Positions 8,801 to 18,100 of a DNA stretch of 26,033 nt are shown here, piece by piece (the first letter of the stretch is position 1; the number at the start of each line of letters is the position of its first letter). The position numbers and the translations under genes are program-made. The DNA comes from Elusimicrobiota bacterium (GTDB lineage Bacteria > Elusimicrobiota > Elusimicrobia > UBA1565). The notes below the pieces were generated by a model. That model had not been told where the DNA came from. It saw only the letters and a program-made list of their open reading frames with translations, and searched no databases. The stretch is from assembly GCA_043819795.1 (NCBI GenBank), contig JBDREN010000160.1, forward strand, positions 1 through 26,033, read 5' to 3'.

Positions 8801-11800
8801 GGCGACGCTGCCGTCGGCTCCCGCCGTGTCGCCCGGCGGTCCGAACGGCGTTTGCGTCACCGCGGCGGCTTCGGGAGCCGTGCCGTCGCCCCAGTCGATC
8901 GTGGCCGTATGGGTGTCGAGCGTGCCCGGATCATTGAAGGAGGAAGGCGCCAGGCTGATCGCCATGCCCTCGGTCGGGGCCTGGTCGGGGCCTACGTCCA
9001 GCGTGGGCGCGGCGTTGTCCACCGTCACCGTCAAGGTGTCGCTCGCGGAGGCGCCCTCGTCGTCGGTCACGGTCACCGTCACCGTGTAGGCGCCGTTGTC
9101 GGCGTACACGTGGCTTCCCGAGATGGTCCCGTCCGCCCCCGATGTGCTCCCAGGCGGTCCCGCGGGAGACTCGCTGACCGTGCCCGCTTCCGTCGGCGTG
9201 CCGTCGCCCCAATCGATGGCGGCCGTATGGGCGTCGAGCGTGCCCTTGTCGTCGAAGGTCGCGGGATCGAGGCTAACGACGCTCCCCTCCGGCGCCGTCC
9301 GGTCCGCGCCGGCCGCGATGGTGGGCGTTACGTTGTTGACGGTGACGTTCAGTTCGTCGCAGAGCTCGGCGTCCTCATCGTCTTTGACGCAGACGGTGAC
9401 GGTGTAATCGCCGTCGTCGGCGTAGACGTGCGAGCCCGCGATCGTGCCGTTCTGTCCCGCCGCCGAGCCCGGAGGACCGAACGGAAATCCGGTCACAGCG
9501 GCAGTCTCGGCCGCCGTGCCGTCGCCCCAGTCGATGGTGGCCGTATGCGTATCTAGCGTGCCCTTGTCGTTGAATACCGCGCCGGCAAGAGGACTGCCTC
9601 CGCCCGCGGCATGACGGGTCTGGATCTGCTCCGGCGTCAGCGGCTCGTCGTAAACCACGGCCTCGTCGATCAGACCCTTGAAGAAGGTGTGGAAGCCCGC
9701 GTAGCCGATTGTCAGAGGATCGTCGGTAACGACGGGCGTCAGGGTGCAGGGGACGTCGACCTGCAGAACGCCGTTGACGTAGAGCTTTGCCCGCGCCCCG
9801 TCGTAGGTCCCGGCCACGTGCGTCCACTCCCCGACCGGCGCGATCGTGGCGGGCAGGTTAAGATCATAGGCGTGGCAGCCCGCGTTCCGACTGTCAAACA
9901 CCTGGAAGAGCAGGCCGCCATAACGTTCACGCCACAGCCCGTAATTGCGGCCTGCGTGGCTCCGCCCCTTTCCTGCCAGACGCACCCAGTCGCCGGAGTT
10001 GGCCGTCGGATAGATCCAAGCCTCGACGGTCTGGGATTTCCCCAGCCGCAGATTGGCGCTGTCCGGGACGCTGACGTAGCCGCTCCCGTCGAGGCTGAAG
10101 GCCCAGCCGGCCATTCCGGGGGCGAAGGTCGCGCTGTTGATGAGCGTCCCGTGGTTGCCGTCAGCGGAATCCCTCGCGTCGTCCTCGCCGCGCCACCAGC
10201 TGACCAGCCCGGAGGAGGCCGCCCCCAGGCTTACGACCGAGCCTTCGTTCGCGGTCAAATCCGCGCCCGCCGCGATCGTCGGCGCGACGTTGTCCACCGT
10301 GATCGCGAGCGCGGCCTCGCCCGAGTCGCCGTCGTTGTCCGTCACCGTGATCCTCACGGCGTAGACGTCGTTGTCCGCGTACACGTGCTCCGCCGCCAGA
10401 CTCCCCGAGCCGTTCTCCTCCGTCAACGGCGCCGCGGACGTCGTCCCGTCGCCCCAGTCCACCTCGGCCGTATGCGTGTCCAGGATGCCCGCGTCCGTGA
10501 ACGTCGCGCTGATGCCCACGACCGAGCCTTCCTCGGTCCGCCGGTCCGGCCCCGCAGTCACGATCGGAGGAGCGTTGGTCACCGTCACCATCAGGGTGTC
10601 CGACGCGGCGTGCGCGGCGTGGTCGGTGGCGGCCAGCGTGACCTGGTAGATCCCCTCGTCGAGATACGTGTGCCCGGGCGTCAGGTCCCCGCCGGCCGTC
10701 CCCTCGTCGCCGAAGTCCCAGCCGTACTGCACGGCCTTGTCGAGGTTGTCGATCACGGTGCCCGAGAAGCCCAGCTCCGCGCCCTCCTCCGCCGCCGCGT
10801 CCGCTCCGGCGTCCACCTCCGGCGCCGTCTTGTCCAGGTTGACGGTCACCGTCAGCGCGGCCTCGTTGTTCACGTTGTCCACCGAGCGGCCGATGCAGTC
10901 GGTTCCCTTGGCCTCCACCGTCACACCCGTCGGTCCGTCAAGATGCGCCACGCCAGATCCCGCGCCGTCGTCCGCGGACCAGATGATCTGGAAGTCCTCG
11001 GCGAACCACTGCTCTTCCTTCGGCGCCCGCACGACCGGCGCGATGCTGAACGCGTGGTTCACGGTCGGCGGAGTGTTGTCTATCTGCAGGCTCAAGGCTT
11101 GGCCCGTCTCCTGGTTGTCCAGCGTGTCCCTTGCCTCCGCCAGCAGGCTCAGCTGGCCGTCCGCGTCGTCGAGCGTGAATGTGTTCTCGAATACCGCGCC
11201 GATGGCCGGCTCCGGGTTCTCGAAGAGGAGCCTCGGAGGCTCGGCGCCGTTCACCTTCACCGTCTGGGTGGCCACGCCCAGCCCGGTCCCGTCCTCGTCG
11301 GCCACCAGGTCGTCTATGGAGGAAGCGGTCACGGGCGTCGTCCCCGTCAGGTACACGAGCTCCGGCTCGGGCTCGCCCTCGGCGGGCGCGGGCGGATGCC
11401 TGGGCGCCCCCACCGTCACGCTTGTGCGCGGCGCCCGGATGTCGTGCACCACCTCGAAGGTGGCGCCGGCGGCGAAGGCCGGGTTGTCCGCCTGGTCCGT
11501 GGCGCTCAGCGTCAGCCGCCACACCCCGGCCGTCAGGTCGAGGGGCTCGAGCTTCCGGCCGTTCTCCACCTCCACCGGCCCGTTCAGCTTGCCCGGGGCT
11601 CCGCTGCCCGCGGATTCGAGCTCGAGCCGCGCGGTGAGCTCGGGATCCGCGTCGAAGTTGTCGAGCGCCGTGAAGTCGATCCCGATCTCGTCGCGCGTGG
11701 CCACGTACCGCCCGCCCGCCGGGCTCGTGATCGTCAGGGCCGGCGGGGTCTTGTCGAGCTTGATCCCGGTCTCACGGAACGCGGTCGCGTTGCCCACGTT

Positions 11801-14800
11801 GTCGACGGCTAGGGCCTCGGCGGTCCAGCCGGCGCTCTCCTCGGCGAGCGTGTCCTCGCCGAGCTCGCTGGCCTCGGCGTCCAGGCCCGAGCCGGGCAGG
11901 CCGTCGGCCGATGGCGGGTCCTCGGCGGCATAGATGAAGGTGACGTCCCGGTTGTGCCAGCCGTTGGCGTTGGCCGCGGGGCTCGACACGAACAACAGGG
12001 GCCCCGTCGTGTCCACGATGAATTCGGCCGAGTCCTCGGCCCCGGCGCCGGTCTCGTCCGTCACCGCGACGTCGATCCTGTGCGCGCCGTCGGAGAGCCC
12101 GCTCAGCTGGTAGACGGCGCCGTTGCCGGAGACTTCTCCCGGCTGGGCGGCGTCGTCCAGCTTGAAGGCGACGGACTCCTGCGTCCCGGCGCCGCTGAAC
12201 GCCACCGCCACGGTCGTGGACGGGGAGGTCAGGTAGGTCCCGGCGATCGCGTTGAGGATCGACACCGTCGGAGGCGCGCTGCCTAGAGTCGTGTATTCGG
12301 TGGGGATGCCGTCGCCGTTCGCCGCCTTCACCCGGAGGTGATAGGTCCATGTCGGGTCCAGGCCGGAGAAGGATTCGCCCAGGCTCCGCGTCGCCGAGGA
12401 GACCCCGGTCCACCACGGGTCCGTGGTGGTGGACAGCTCGAGCCGGTATTCGGTGTCCGGCGGGTTGTAGCCTTCCGACCAGGTGCCGGACGTCCAGCTC
12501 GCCGTGAAGCCCGTCTGCGTCACGTCCGTGAAGGTCGGGGCCTCTGCGCGCGTTCCGGGCTGGGCCGCAAAAGTGTGTCGGGAGCCGAGAGAGGTGTACT
12601 CACTGAACCCGGATATGGAGGTCAGATAGACCGCCACGCGCGCGTGATAGGGGGTATTGACGTCCAGACCCTCGAAGGAGGCGCGCAGGTCGTAGGTCTC
12701 GCTGGAGCGCTCCACCACGGCGAAGTCCTCGGTCCTGGACAGCTCGGCCCGGAAGAGCGACCCGGGCGGGGTGCCGTTCGCGGTCCAGCTGGCCGCCAGA
12801 GCGTGCGTCGCGGTCGCCTCCAGGGGGGGCTCTCCGGGGGCGGGCGGCTCGAAATCCTTGGTCAGGATGTGGCCCAGCGTGGTGTAGGCCGTATCCTCGC
12901 CCGCGCTGTTGCGCGCCTTCACGCGCACGTAGTACGTGGTCCGCTGGGTGAGCCCGGTGAAGAGCGCGCCGACGTCGTAGGTCCCCGACGTCACGTCGAT
13001 AGACGTGAACTCCTCGGAGACCGACGCCTGCGCCTCGTACCAGGTGCCTTCCGGATTGCCCGCGGCTCCCCACGACGCGCGGAAGCTTCCGACGGTGGGG
13101 TCGGTGAGCTCGCCCGGCGCGGGCTGCTCCGCGAAAGTGACCAGCGAGCCCATCTCGGCCTCGGGTGAGGCGACCTGCGTGTCCGGGTCGCGCGCGGCTC
13201 CCTTGAAGAAGTACGCGGTGTTCGGCGCCAGGTCCGCGAACGTGTGCTGGAGCGTCAAGGTGTCGAGGAACGGGCTCGATTGCGCGGCCGGGCCTCCGGG
13301 AGCCAGCGCGAGCGATACCTGGTACTCGATCGGGAGCTGGTTGTTCCCGGGCGCCCAAGCCGCGGTCAGCGAAGCGGGGCTCTTGGACGCCGCCGTCAGC
13401 GACTTCGGCGGGTTCGGCCGCGCGTACGCCGTCGCGCGGTTGGAGGGCTCGGAGACGGAGCCTCCCGTGTCCTGCAGGAATACGTTGATGTGATGCGTGG
13501 CGTTGCCCGGGAGACCCCCGAGCAGGAAGGCCTGGGGGGCTCCGGCCGCCGTGTTCGTCGCGAACGAGACCTGGGCGGTCCCGGGGTCGGCCGTCGCGTC
13601 CGGGAGGCCTCGCCAGATGAGGACCCGGCCGCCCAGCACGTCGCCGGTCGAGCCGTCCTCGCCCGTGGCGCTCCAGGTCAGGTGGACCGAGCCTCCGCCG
13701 GGGCCCGTCGCGGCGGCCAGGTCCCCGACCGCGTCCGGCGCGGCGTCGAGGCCCTGCTGCTCGAAGGTGAGCCGGTAGCCGGTGGACTGGGGGTCGAAGT
13801 CCAGCAGGTGCACCCGGTGGGAGACCGCCAGCGTGCCCGTGTTGAAGTGCTTTGCGGTCCAGAAGTTGCGTGCGTTGAGCTCCCGGCCGTCCTCGCGTAC
13901 GACGGATACGAGGCTGGCCTGGCCCCCGGTCGGGTCCGGGACCGAGGTGTGGATCCACTGGTGCGCCGGGATGCTGCCCGAGATCCGCAGGGTGACCGTC
14001 GGGTCCGTGCCGCTGAGGACCCCCTCGATCCCGGACGGAAGGGTGACGACGGGGATGGGCTCCGGCTGGTCGGTCTCCAGGATGATGTCGGGGTCGAGCG
14101 GGTCGCCGTTGTCGAGAAGGTGCTTGATCTCGGCGCGCGCGGTCGTGGTGTTCACCAGGAAGTCGAACTGCTGGTCCCGGCCCGGCAGGTCCACGAGCAC
14201 GTCCTTTATCAAGGTGTGCGTGGCGACCTCCTGCAGCAGCGAGGTCAGCTCCCCGCCCAGCTCCGCGCTGTGTGTGAAGCTGGCCTCGAACTCGAGGAAG
14301 CGGCCGGACAGGGTGCTCGACATGAGCCAGGCGCCGGTCTTGGCCTGGTCGGGAGCCACGTCCCCGAAGGGGATGAGCAGGGTGTTGTCGATCTGCCGGT
14401 CCTCAAGGTAGGTCCCCAGCAGCCGGAAGTCGACGGCCAGGCCCTGCTTGTTGTCCACGATCCTCGGCTGGCCGGACTCGATCTGGAAGTTCCGGGCGGG
14501 CCCGTAGCCGATGTTCGTCACCCGGACCCCCAGCGGGAAGGGCTCGACCGGCTCGATCTCCTCGGTGAGCGGCTCGTCGCCGAACACCTCGAAGGGCAGG
14601 ACGTACTCGAGCCGGATCGACGGCTGGGGCTTCACGGTGATCGGGACGTCGAAGGTCCTGATGAAGCGCGGGGAGTCCGCGTTCATGAAGAAGATAGTGG
14701 CGCTGACGTCGTAGCGCGTCCCGAGCGCGCTCGTCCCGCCCGCGCCCGTCGAGGGGATGATGAGCCAGCTGATGTCCGCGGTCGAGGCGGGCTGGACCGT

Positions 14801-15121
14801 CCCGGTGCCGTCCACCGCGCTCGTGCCCGAGAGGTTGGCGACCTTGACGAAGAACAGCTGGCCGGCCGGCTGCCCGTTGGCGAAGATGTTGATGTCTATA
14901 TCGAGGTACTCGAGCGGCTGGCCGCTCATCGAGTTGGTGAGCTTCAGGTTGGCGTCGAAGGCCTCGCGCTCCAGGGTGACCTTCTGGAGGATCTCCAGCT
15001 TGACCACGGCGCAGACGCCCTGGGCGTCGGCGCGGGCCGTCCCGAACGACAGCAGCAGGGCGGCGAGCGCCGCGACCGCCCGCGCCCTCAGAGCCCCTCC
15101 CGTCGTCGCTTCGCCGCTCAT
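5897..15121 (-). CDS. Gene B: giant secreted Fn3/Ig/PKD/LamG/beta-helix protein with a C-terminal T9SS type A-like / FlgD-Ig-like domain (~3074 aa)
   Basis: Start reassigned from 15310 to ATG 15121, which overlaps the gene C stop as ATGA and precedes a signal peptide (MSGEATTGGALRARAVAALAALLLSFGTARADA). Then VCAVVKLEILQKVTLEREAFDANL domain, Fn3 repeats (W...N...Y...YY.RVKARN), PKD repeats (IDWGDG...HVYADNG.YTVTVTVTDD), a LamG domain, a beta-helix (LTLPSGNY...GALLYAPEARV), and the C-terminus YVFPNPA...IRIYNVAGQQV...WDG...PSGVYLY...GKFAVVR. Confidence 0.93.
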   Translation of the reverse strand: MSGEATTGGALRARAVAALAALLLSFGTARADAQGVCAVVKLEILQKVTLEREAFDANLKLTNSMSGQPLEYLDIDINIFANGQPAGQLFFVKVANLSGTSAVDGTGTVQPASTADISWLIIPSTGAGGTSALGTRYDVSATIFFMNADSPRFIRTFDVPITVKPQPSIRLEYVLPFEVFGDEPLTEEIEPVEPFPLGVRVTNIGYGPARNFQIESGQPRIVDNKQGLAVDFRLLGTYLEDRQIDNTLLIPFGDVAPDQAKTGAWLMSSTLSGRFLEFEASFTHSAELGGELTSLLQEVATHTLIKDVLVDLPGRDQQFDFLVNTTTARAEIKHLLDNGDPLDPDIILETDQPEPIPVVTLPSGIEGVLSGTDPTVTLRISGSIPAHQWIHTSVPDPTGGQASLVSVVREDGRELNARNFWTAKHFNTGTLAVSHRVHLLDFDPQSTGYRLTFEQQGLDAAPDAVGDLAAATGPGGGSVHLTWSATGEDGSTGDVLGGRVLIWRGLPDATADPGTAQVSFATNTAAGAPQAFLLGGLPGNATHHINVFLQDTGGSVSEPSNRATAYARPNPPKSLTAASKSPASLTAAWAPGNNQLPIEYQVSLALAPGGPAAQSSPFLDTLTLQHTFADLAPNTAYFFKGAARDPDTQVASPEAEMGSLVTFAEQPAPGELTDPTVGSFRASWGAAGNPEGTWYEAQASVSEEFTSIDVTSGTYDVGALFTGLTQRTTYYVRVKARNSAGEDTAYTTLGHILTKDFEPPAPGEPPLEATATHALAASWTANGTPPGSLFRAELSRTEDFAVVERSSETYDLRASFEGLDVNTPYHARVAVYLTSISGFSEYTSLGSRHTFAAQPGTRAEAPTFTDVTQTGFTASWTSGTWSEGYNPPDTEYRLELSTTTDPWWTGVSSATRSLGESFSGLDPTWTYHLRVKAANGDGIPTEYTTLGSAPPTVSILNAIAGTYLTSPSTTVAVAFSGAGTQESVAFKLDDAAQPGEVSGNGAVYQLSGLSDGAHRIDVAVTDETGAGAEDSAEFIVDTTGPLLFVSSPAANANGWHNRDVTFIYAAEDPPSADGLPGSGLDAEASELGEDTLAEESAGWTAEALAVDNVGNATAFRETGIKLDKTPPALTITSPAGGRYVATRDEIGIDFTALDNFDADPELTARLELESAGSGAPGKLNGPVEVENGRKLEPLDLTAGVWRLTLSATDQADNPAFAAGATFEVVHDIRAPRTSVTVGAPRHPPAPAEGEPEPELVYLTGTTPVTASSIDDLVADEDGTGLGVATQTVKVNGAEPPRLLFENPEPAIGAVFENTFTLDDADGQLSLLAEARDTLDNQETGQALSLQIDNTPPTVNHAFSIAPVVRAPKEEQWFAEDFQIIWSADDGAGSGVAHLDGPTGVTVEAKGTDCIGRSVDNVNNEAALTVTVNLDKTAPEVDAGADAAAEEGAELGFSGTVIDNLDKAVQYGWDFGDEGTAGGDLTPGHTYLDEGIYQVTLAATDHAAHAASDTLMVTVTNAPPIVTAGPDRRTEEGSVVGISATFTDAGILDTHTAEVDWGDGTTSAAPLTEENGSGSLAAEHVYADNDVYAVRITVTDNDGDSGEAALAITVDNVAPTIAAGADLTANEGSVVSLGAASSGLVSWWRGEDDARDSADGNHGTLINSATFAPGMAGWAFSLDGSGYVSVPDSANLRLGKSQTVEAWIYPTANSGDWVRLAGKGRSHAGRNYGLWRERYGGLLFQVFDSRNAGCHAYDLNLPATIAPVGEWTHVAGTYDGARAKLYVNGVLQVDVPCTLTPVVTDDPLTIGYAGFHTFFKGLIDEAVVYDEPLTPEQIQTRHAAGGGSPLAGAVFNDKGTLDTHTATIDWGDGTAAETAAVTGFPFGPPGSAAGQNGTIAGSHVYADDGDYTVTVCVKDDEDAELCDELNVTVNNVTPTIAAGADRTAPEGSVVSLDPATFDDKGTLDAHTAAIDWGDGTPTEAGTVSESPAGPPGSTSGADGTISGSHVYADNGAYTVTVTVTDDEGASASDTLTVTVDNAAPTLDVGPDQAPTEGMAISLAPSSFNDPGTLDTHTATIDWGDGTAPEAAAVTQTPFGPPGDTAGADGSVALGSHVYADNGAYTVTVTVTDDEGASATDTLTVTADNAAPTLDAGPDQAATEGMTISLAPSAFNDPGTLDTHTATIDWGDGSAIDAAAVIEAPHGPPGDTAGADGAIAGSHVYADNGAYTVTVTVTDDEGASATDTFTVTADNAAPTLDAGADQTAPEGGVVSLDPATFNDKGTLDTHTAAIDWGDGSPVEAGAVTESPSGPPGSTAGADGAIAGSHVYADDGSYTVNVCVKDDEDAERCEDLSVTVENAAPTVKAGADNTAAAEGWIHIGGTIELRTMVVSIPGQPGTPTIPIGPDAEHPVTADFIRFHDMGTADTHTASIDWGDGTALEHVLSEDIDEDPQGPPGSTTGSSGTIKSLHQYTANGIYTLVATVTDDEGASGSDSLLVKADIEPPQTTISHTASSSTAPGTPVETEVFLNQTAMNSLGAVDPVINGIAFDVQWTFYRDLTIDGPEAPFIRQNVEHEAVPFNLAQEGVHRLEYFSVDKRGNEEGYRLDDEAGHKFITIGVDHTPPQTTLTIGNPVKYEFGQTFISPKSKLALDAADPVSGGVASGVREILYRIDDGAPIVYTGEFSLAEGTHTLAYWSPDRVDNYFVHVASFGVSKIMSPKKRAAAGKKKSIDMGGNMDFYGDAISNGPIRVFGSAFMDGDVEGPEITVQGSAVITGTQTIVANPLHPAPFDLTAIKEQVLANNLAEDPDNPIAEYLNNSVLTLNAGASLTLPSGNYLLSGLRATAGAELKIIGQVGILVEGPITINSAEVNAIDTTEDGQHAEQLALFSNQADDVRLAGSGRVGALLYAPEARVVVTGSAKFGGSLFAGTLDVNGNAVSLSSATVPTDIVTEGKSKGGKPAAAGSPSVSAGGADPTFALRDLYVFPNPAVGGSVPTIHIAVGVADKVTIRIYNVAGQQVHQATMESAPPVIDDGSGPKYAYEYAWDGRIPSGVYLYTVVADKSGEASIRKAGKFAVVR
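7660..9580 (-). repeat. Tandem PKD-like repeats (318-321 bp / 106-107 aa) in gene B
   Basis: The IDWG-coding motif CCCA(A/G)TCGAT starts at 8251, 8569, 8890, 9208 and 9526 (spacings 318, 321, 318, 318), with a diverged, expanded copy at 7831. Each has DTHTA.IDWGDG...P.GPPG.T.G..G...GSHVYAD.G.YTV. Confidence 0.92.
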
Positions 15122-18100
15122 TTGAGCAACCACCCGAAGATGAAATCGTGGACCTTGTCGCAGGTCGCGTTCGCGTTCCCGTACCATGCCGCCGACGTCT
15201 TCATGTCCGGAGCGCAGGTGTACCACGGGTCGAAGATCAAGTCGCAGCCCATGGGCACGTTGACGACCCGCACGGCGTTGTGCTGGAAGGGGAATATGCC
15301 GTCGGTGCACTTGCGCGTGACGCCCTGGACCATCCAGCCGTTCTCTTGGTGGGGCTCAAGCGCGGAGCCGATGTCGGTGCGCCAGTCCACGCAGGCGCCC
15401 TGGATGTCGTCCCAGATCGCCGCGCCCGTGGCCTTTCCCGCCAGCCAGTTCCTGAAGTCGTTGAGGCCGATCATGAGGTTGCCAAGGTATCCGCACTTCC
15501 ACCCGGACTCCACGTTCTGTTTGACCCTCTCGGCGTAGCGGTCCAGCAGGTTCTGGAATGACGGGTCGCATTGCGGGCTGCCGTCCGGCCCCGTGTCGCT
15601 GGCGCAGGTGATGAGCTCGGCCGGCTGGGACTCGCCCGAATAGGCCGCCTGCAGGTCCGCCCCGTCCACGGAGACCGCCAGGGGTCCCGAGCCGTCGGCG
15701 CGTACGGTCGCGCTGCATCCGTCCGCGCTGACCCCGGTCACTTGGCCGCCCGTCGCCCGCCAGTCCACCGTGCCGCAGGTCGGCTCGCAGCCGCAGTTGC
15801 TTCCGCTGAGGTTCGCCGTGTAGGTGACCTCGCAGCCCGGGGCTACGACGCTCGGGCCCGAGATGACGGGCGTGACCACGCAGGGCTGGGGCGGCGGGTT
15901 GGGGATGACGATGCTGACGTAGCCCTCCCCGATGAGTCCGAACTGGGTATCCCCGCCGAAGCCGCCGCCGTCGTGCGGTTTCGACGACCCGGAGGACGAC
16001 GACGGGCTTCCCGGGCAGTTGGTGGTCACGGAGAACGACTGAGCCCGGGCCGGGACGTCGGACCCGGCCGCGCACTCGTAGTGATACGCGTGACCGACGC
16101 TGCTGCTGCACCCCTCTCCCCGCGTGACCTTGGCCGCGATGACCACGCTCTCGCCGGGACCCAGGCGGGGAATCTTCGTGAAAGGAAGCTGGATGTTCGG
16201 CGGGGGGCTCATCTCCACGTCGTCGGCCGCCACCTGCCCCCGGTTGGTGATGACGTACTGCACGTACGCGGTCGTGCCGGGCTCCAGGTACAGGTCGACG
16301 AGGGCCGGCTCGATCACGAGCGCGGGGGCCGGGACGTTCGTCTGGAAGGTGATGTCCAGCTTGACCTCGTACTCGTCCTGGATGGTCGTGGGCGTGACGG
16401 TCCATTCGTAGGACACGTAGTCCCCGACCATCAGGGCCTCGACGCTCTCGGTCAGGCCCGGCTGCACGTTGAGGGCCCGCGTCACCGGCTGGAATCCGGC
16501 CGCTTCCACCTTCAGGGTGTACGCGCCCGAGGGGACGTCGGGGAACTGGGCCACGCCGTTGGCGTCCGCGTTCTTCTGGCGGGTGAGGCCGGCCACGTCG
16601 AGGCTGGTCAGCGTGGCCTTGGCCCCGGGCACCCCCACGCCCGCGCCGAGCGCGTCCCGCGGCTCATCGGCGTTGACGGCGTTCACGGCGACCGCGCCGT
16701 TGCGGGAAGAGGTGAAGGTCACGCCGACGTTGATCGGGATCGCGCTGGCGTTGGCCGAGCGGATCTCGAAGAGCGGGTTGGCGGCGACGGCGCCGGTCGG
16801 AAGGTCGGCCGGGGGCTCGAAGACCACGGTGATCTCGGCCAGCCCTCCGGGCGGCAGGGTCCCCATCGAGGAGCTGCCCTCGATCCGCGCGAAGTCCAAA
16901 GTCGGCTCGGTGAGCGTTATGTTGACCCAATCGTCGAAACCCTTGTTCCGGATCTCGATCTTCTGGGAGCGGGTCTCGCCGGCCAGCATGCCGATCTGGA
17001 AGGCCTGGGGCGTGGCCACGGGGAGCGCCTGGGAGGGGCTCACGTCCAGGAACACCGTCATGCTCCGGCTGAAGCCGTTGGCCTCCGTGGCGGTCACCAC
17101 GAAGGCGGAGCGGCCCACCGGGCCGGCGGGCTCCACCGCGGCGGTGAAAGCCAAAGTCGCCTTGGAGCCGGCGCCGATCGCGTCCGGCAGGCTGCCCGGC
17201 TGGATGGCCAGGCTGACGCCCTCCGCCTCGGACTCCTGCGAGACCGTCGCCGCGAGGCCCTCGACGGGGGTCTCGCCGAAGTTGGTGAGGTTCACGCTGA
17301 AGCGGAACTCGGAGTTCTGGGACATGCGCGCGGTGAAGCCCTCATACTGGAATCCGAAGTGCTGCACCGCGAACTGGGCCTGGATGCCGCCGGTCAGGAC
17401 GTCCGGGTGCCTGGCGCTGACCGCGTACTGTCCGGGCTCGTTGCTCGCGGGAGTGAAGAGGGCCTCGTAGGTGCCGTCGGGGCCCGTTCCGGTGCTCAGC
17501 TTCCGGTCGAATCCCCGCGAGGAGAGGCCCAAGGCGACTTGCCGGTCCGGGAGGGGGGAGCCCGCCGGGTCCACGGCCCGGCCCTTGATGCGCACCGTCT
17601 GTCCCCGGTCGAAGACGGCGGTCGGGTTCGTCCCGTCGAGCGAGATGAGGTCCACAGTGGCGGTATAGGCGGGCTCCTGGATGGTCCCGGCGGTCTGCGA
17701 GCCGCTGAACGACCGCTCTCCGGGGATCGGACTGTAAGGAAGGCTGTGCGTGATCTGCGCGACCGTGGCCGAGGCCGCGACCTCGCCCGAGGCGGCGTCC
17801 GGCACGAACAGGGTCACCGGGTCGAAGATGAAGCTGGACCCGCCCGGTATCGTCACGAAGAAGACCTGCTGGCCGGAGACGATCGTGGAGTTGGCTCCGT
17901 TGCCCGTCTGCTCGAGCCTCGCCTCCGAGAGGAGGGTGCCCTGCGGGGTCTCGATGCGCAGGAACACGTCGTCGGAAGGATAGGTCGACCCGCCGGAGGC
18001 GCGCGCGGTCCGGATGTCCAGCGGCGCCGAGCCCCGGTTGTTGAACTTCATGCGGACCTGCGCGTTCGTCCCCCGGATGAGCGCCTCGGGGAACACCTCG

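Noticed and set aside
7660..9580. Regularly spaced short DNA motifs as a CRISPR array
   Set aside because: The period is 318-321 bp, the intervening sequence is also homologous and coding, and no cas genes are present.
15122..15310. 63-aa N-terminal extension of gene B in the ORF track
   Set aside because: It overlaps the coding end of gene C; ATG 15121 gives an ATGA overlap and an immediate signal peptide.
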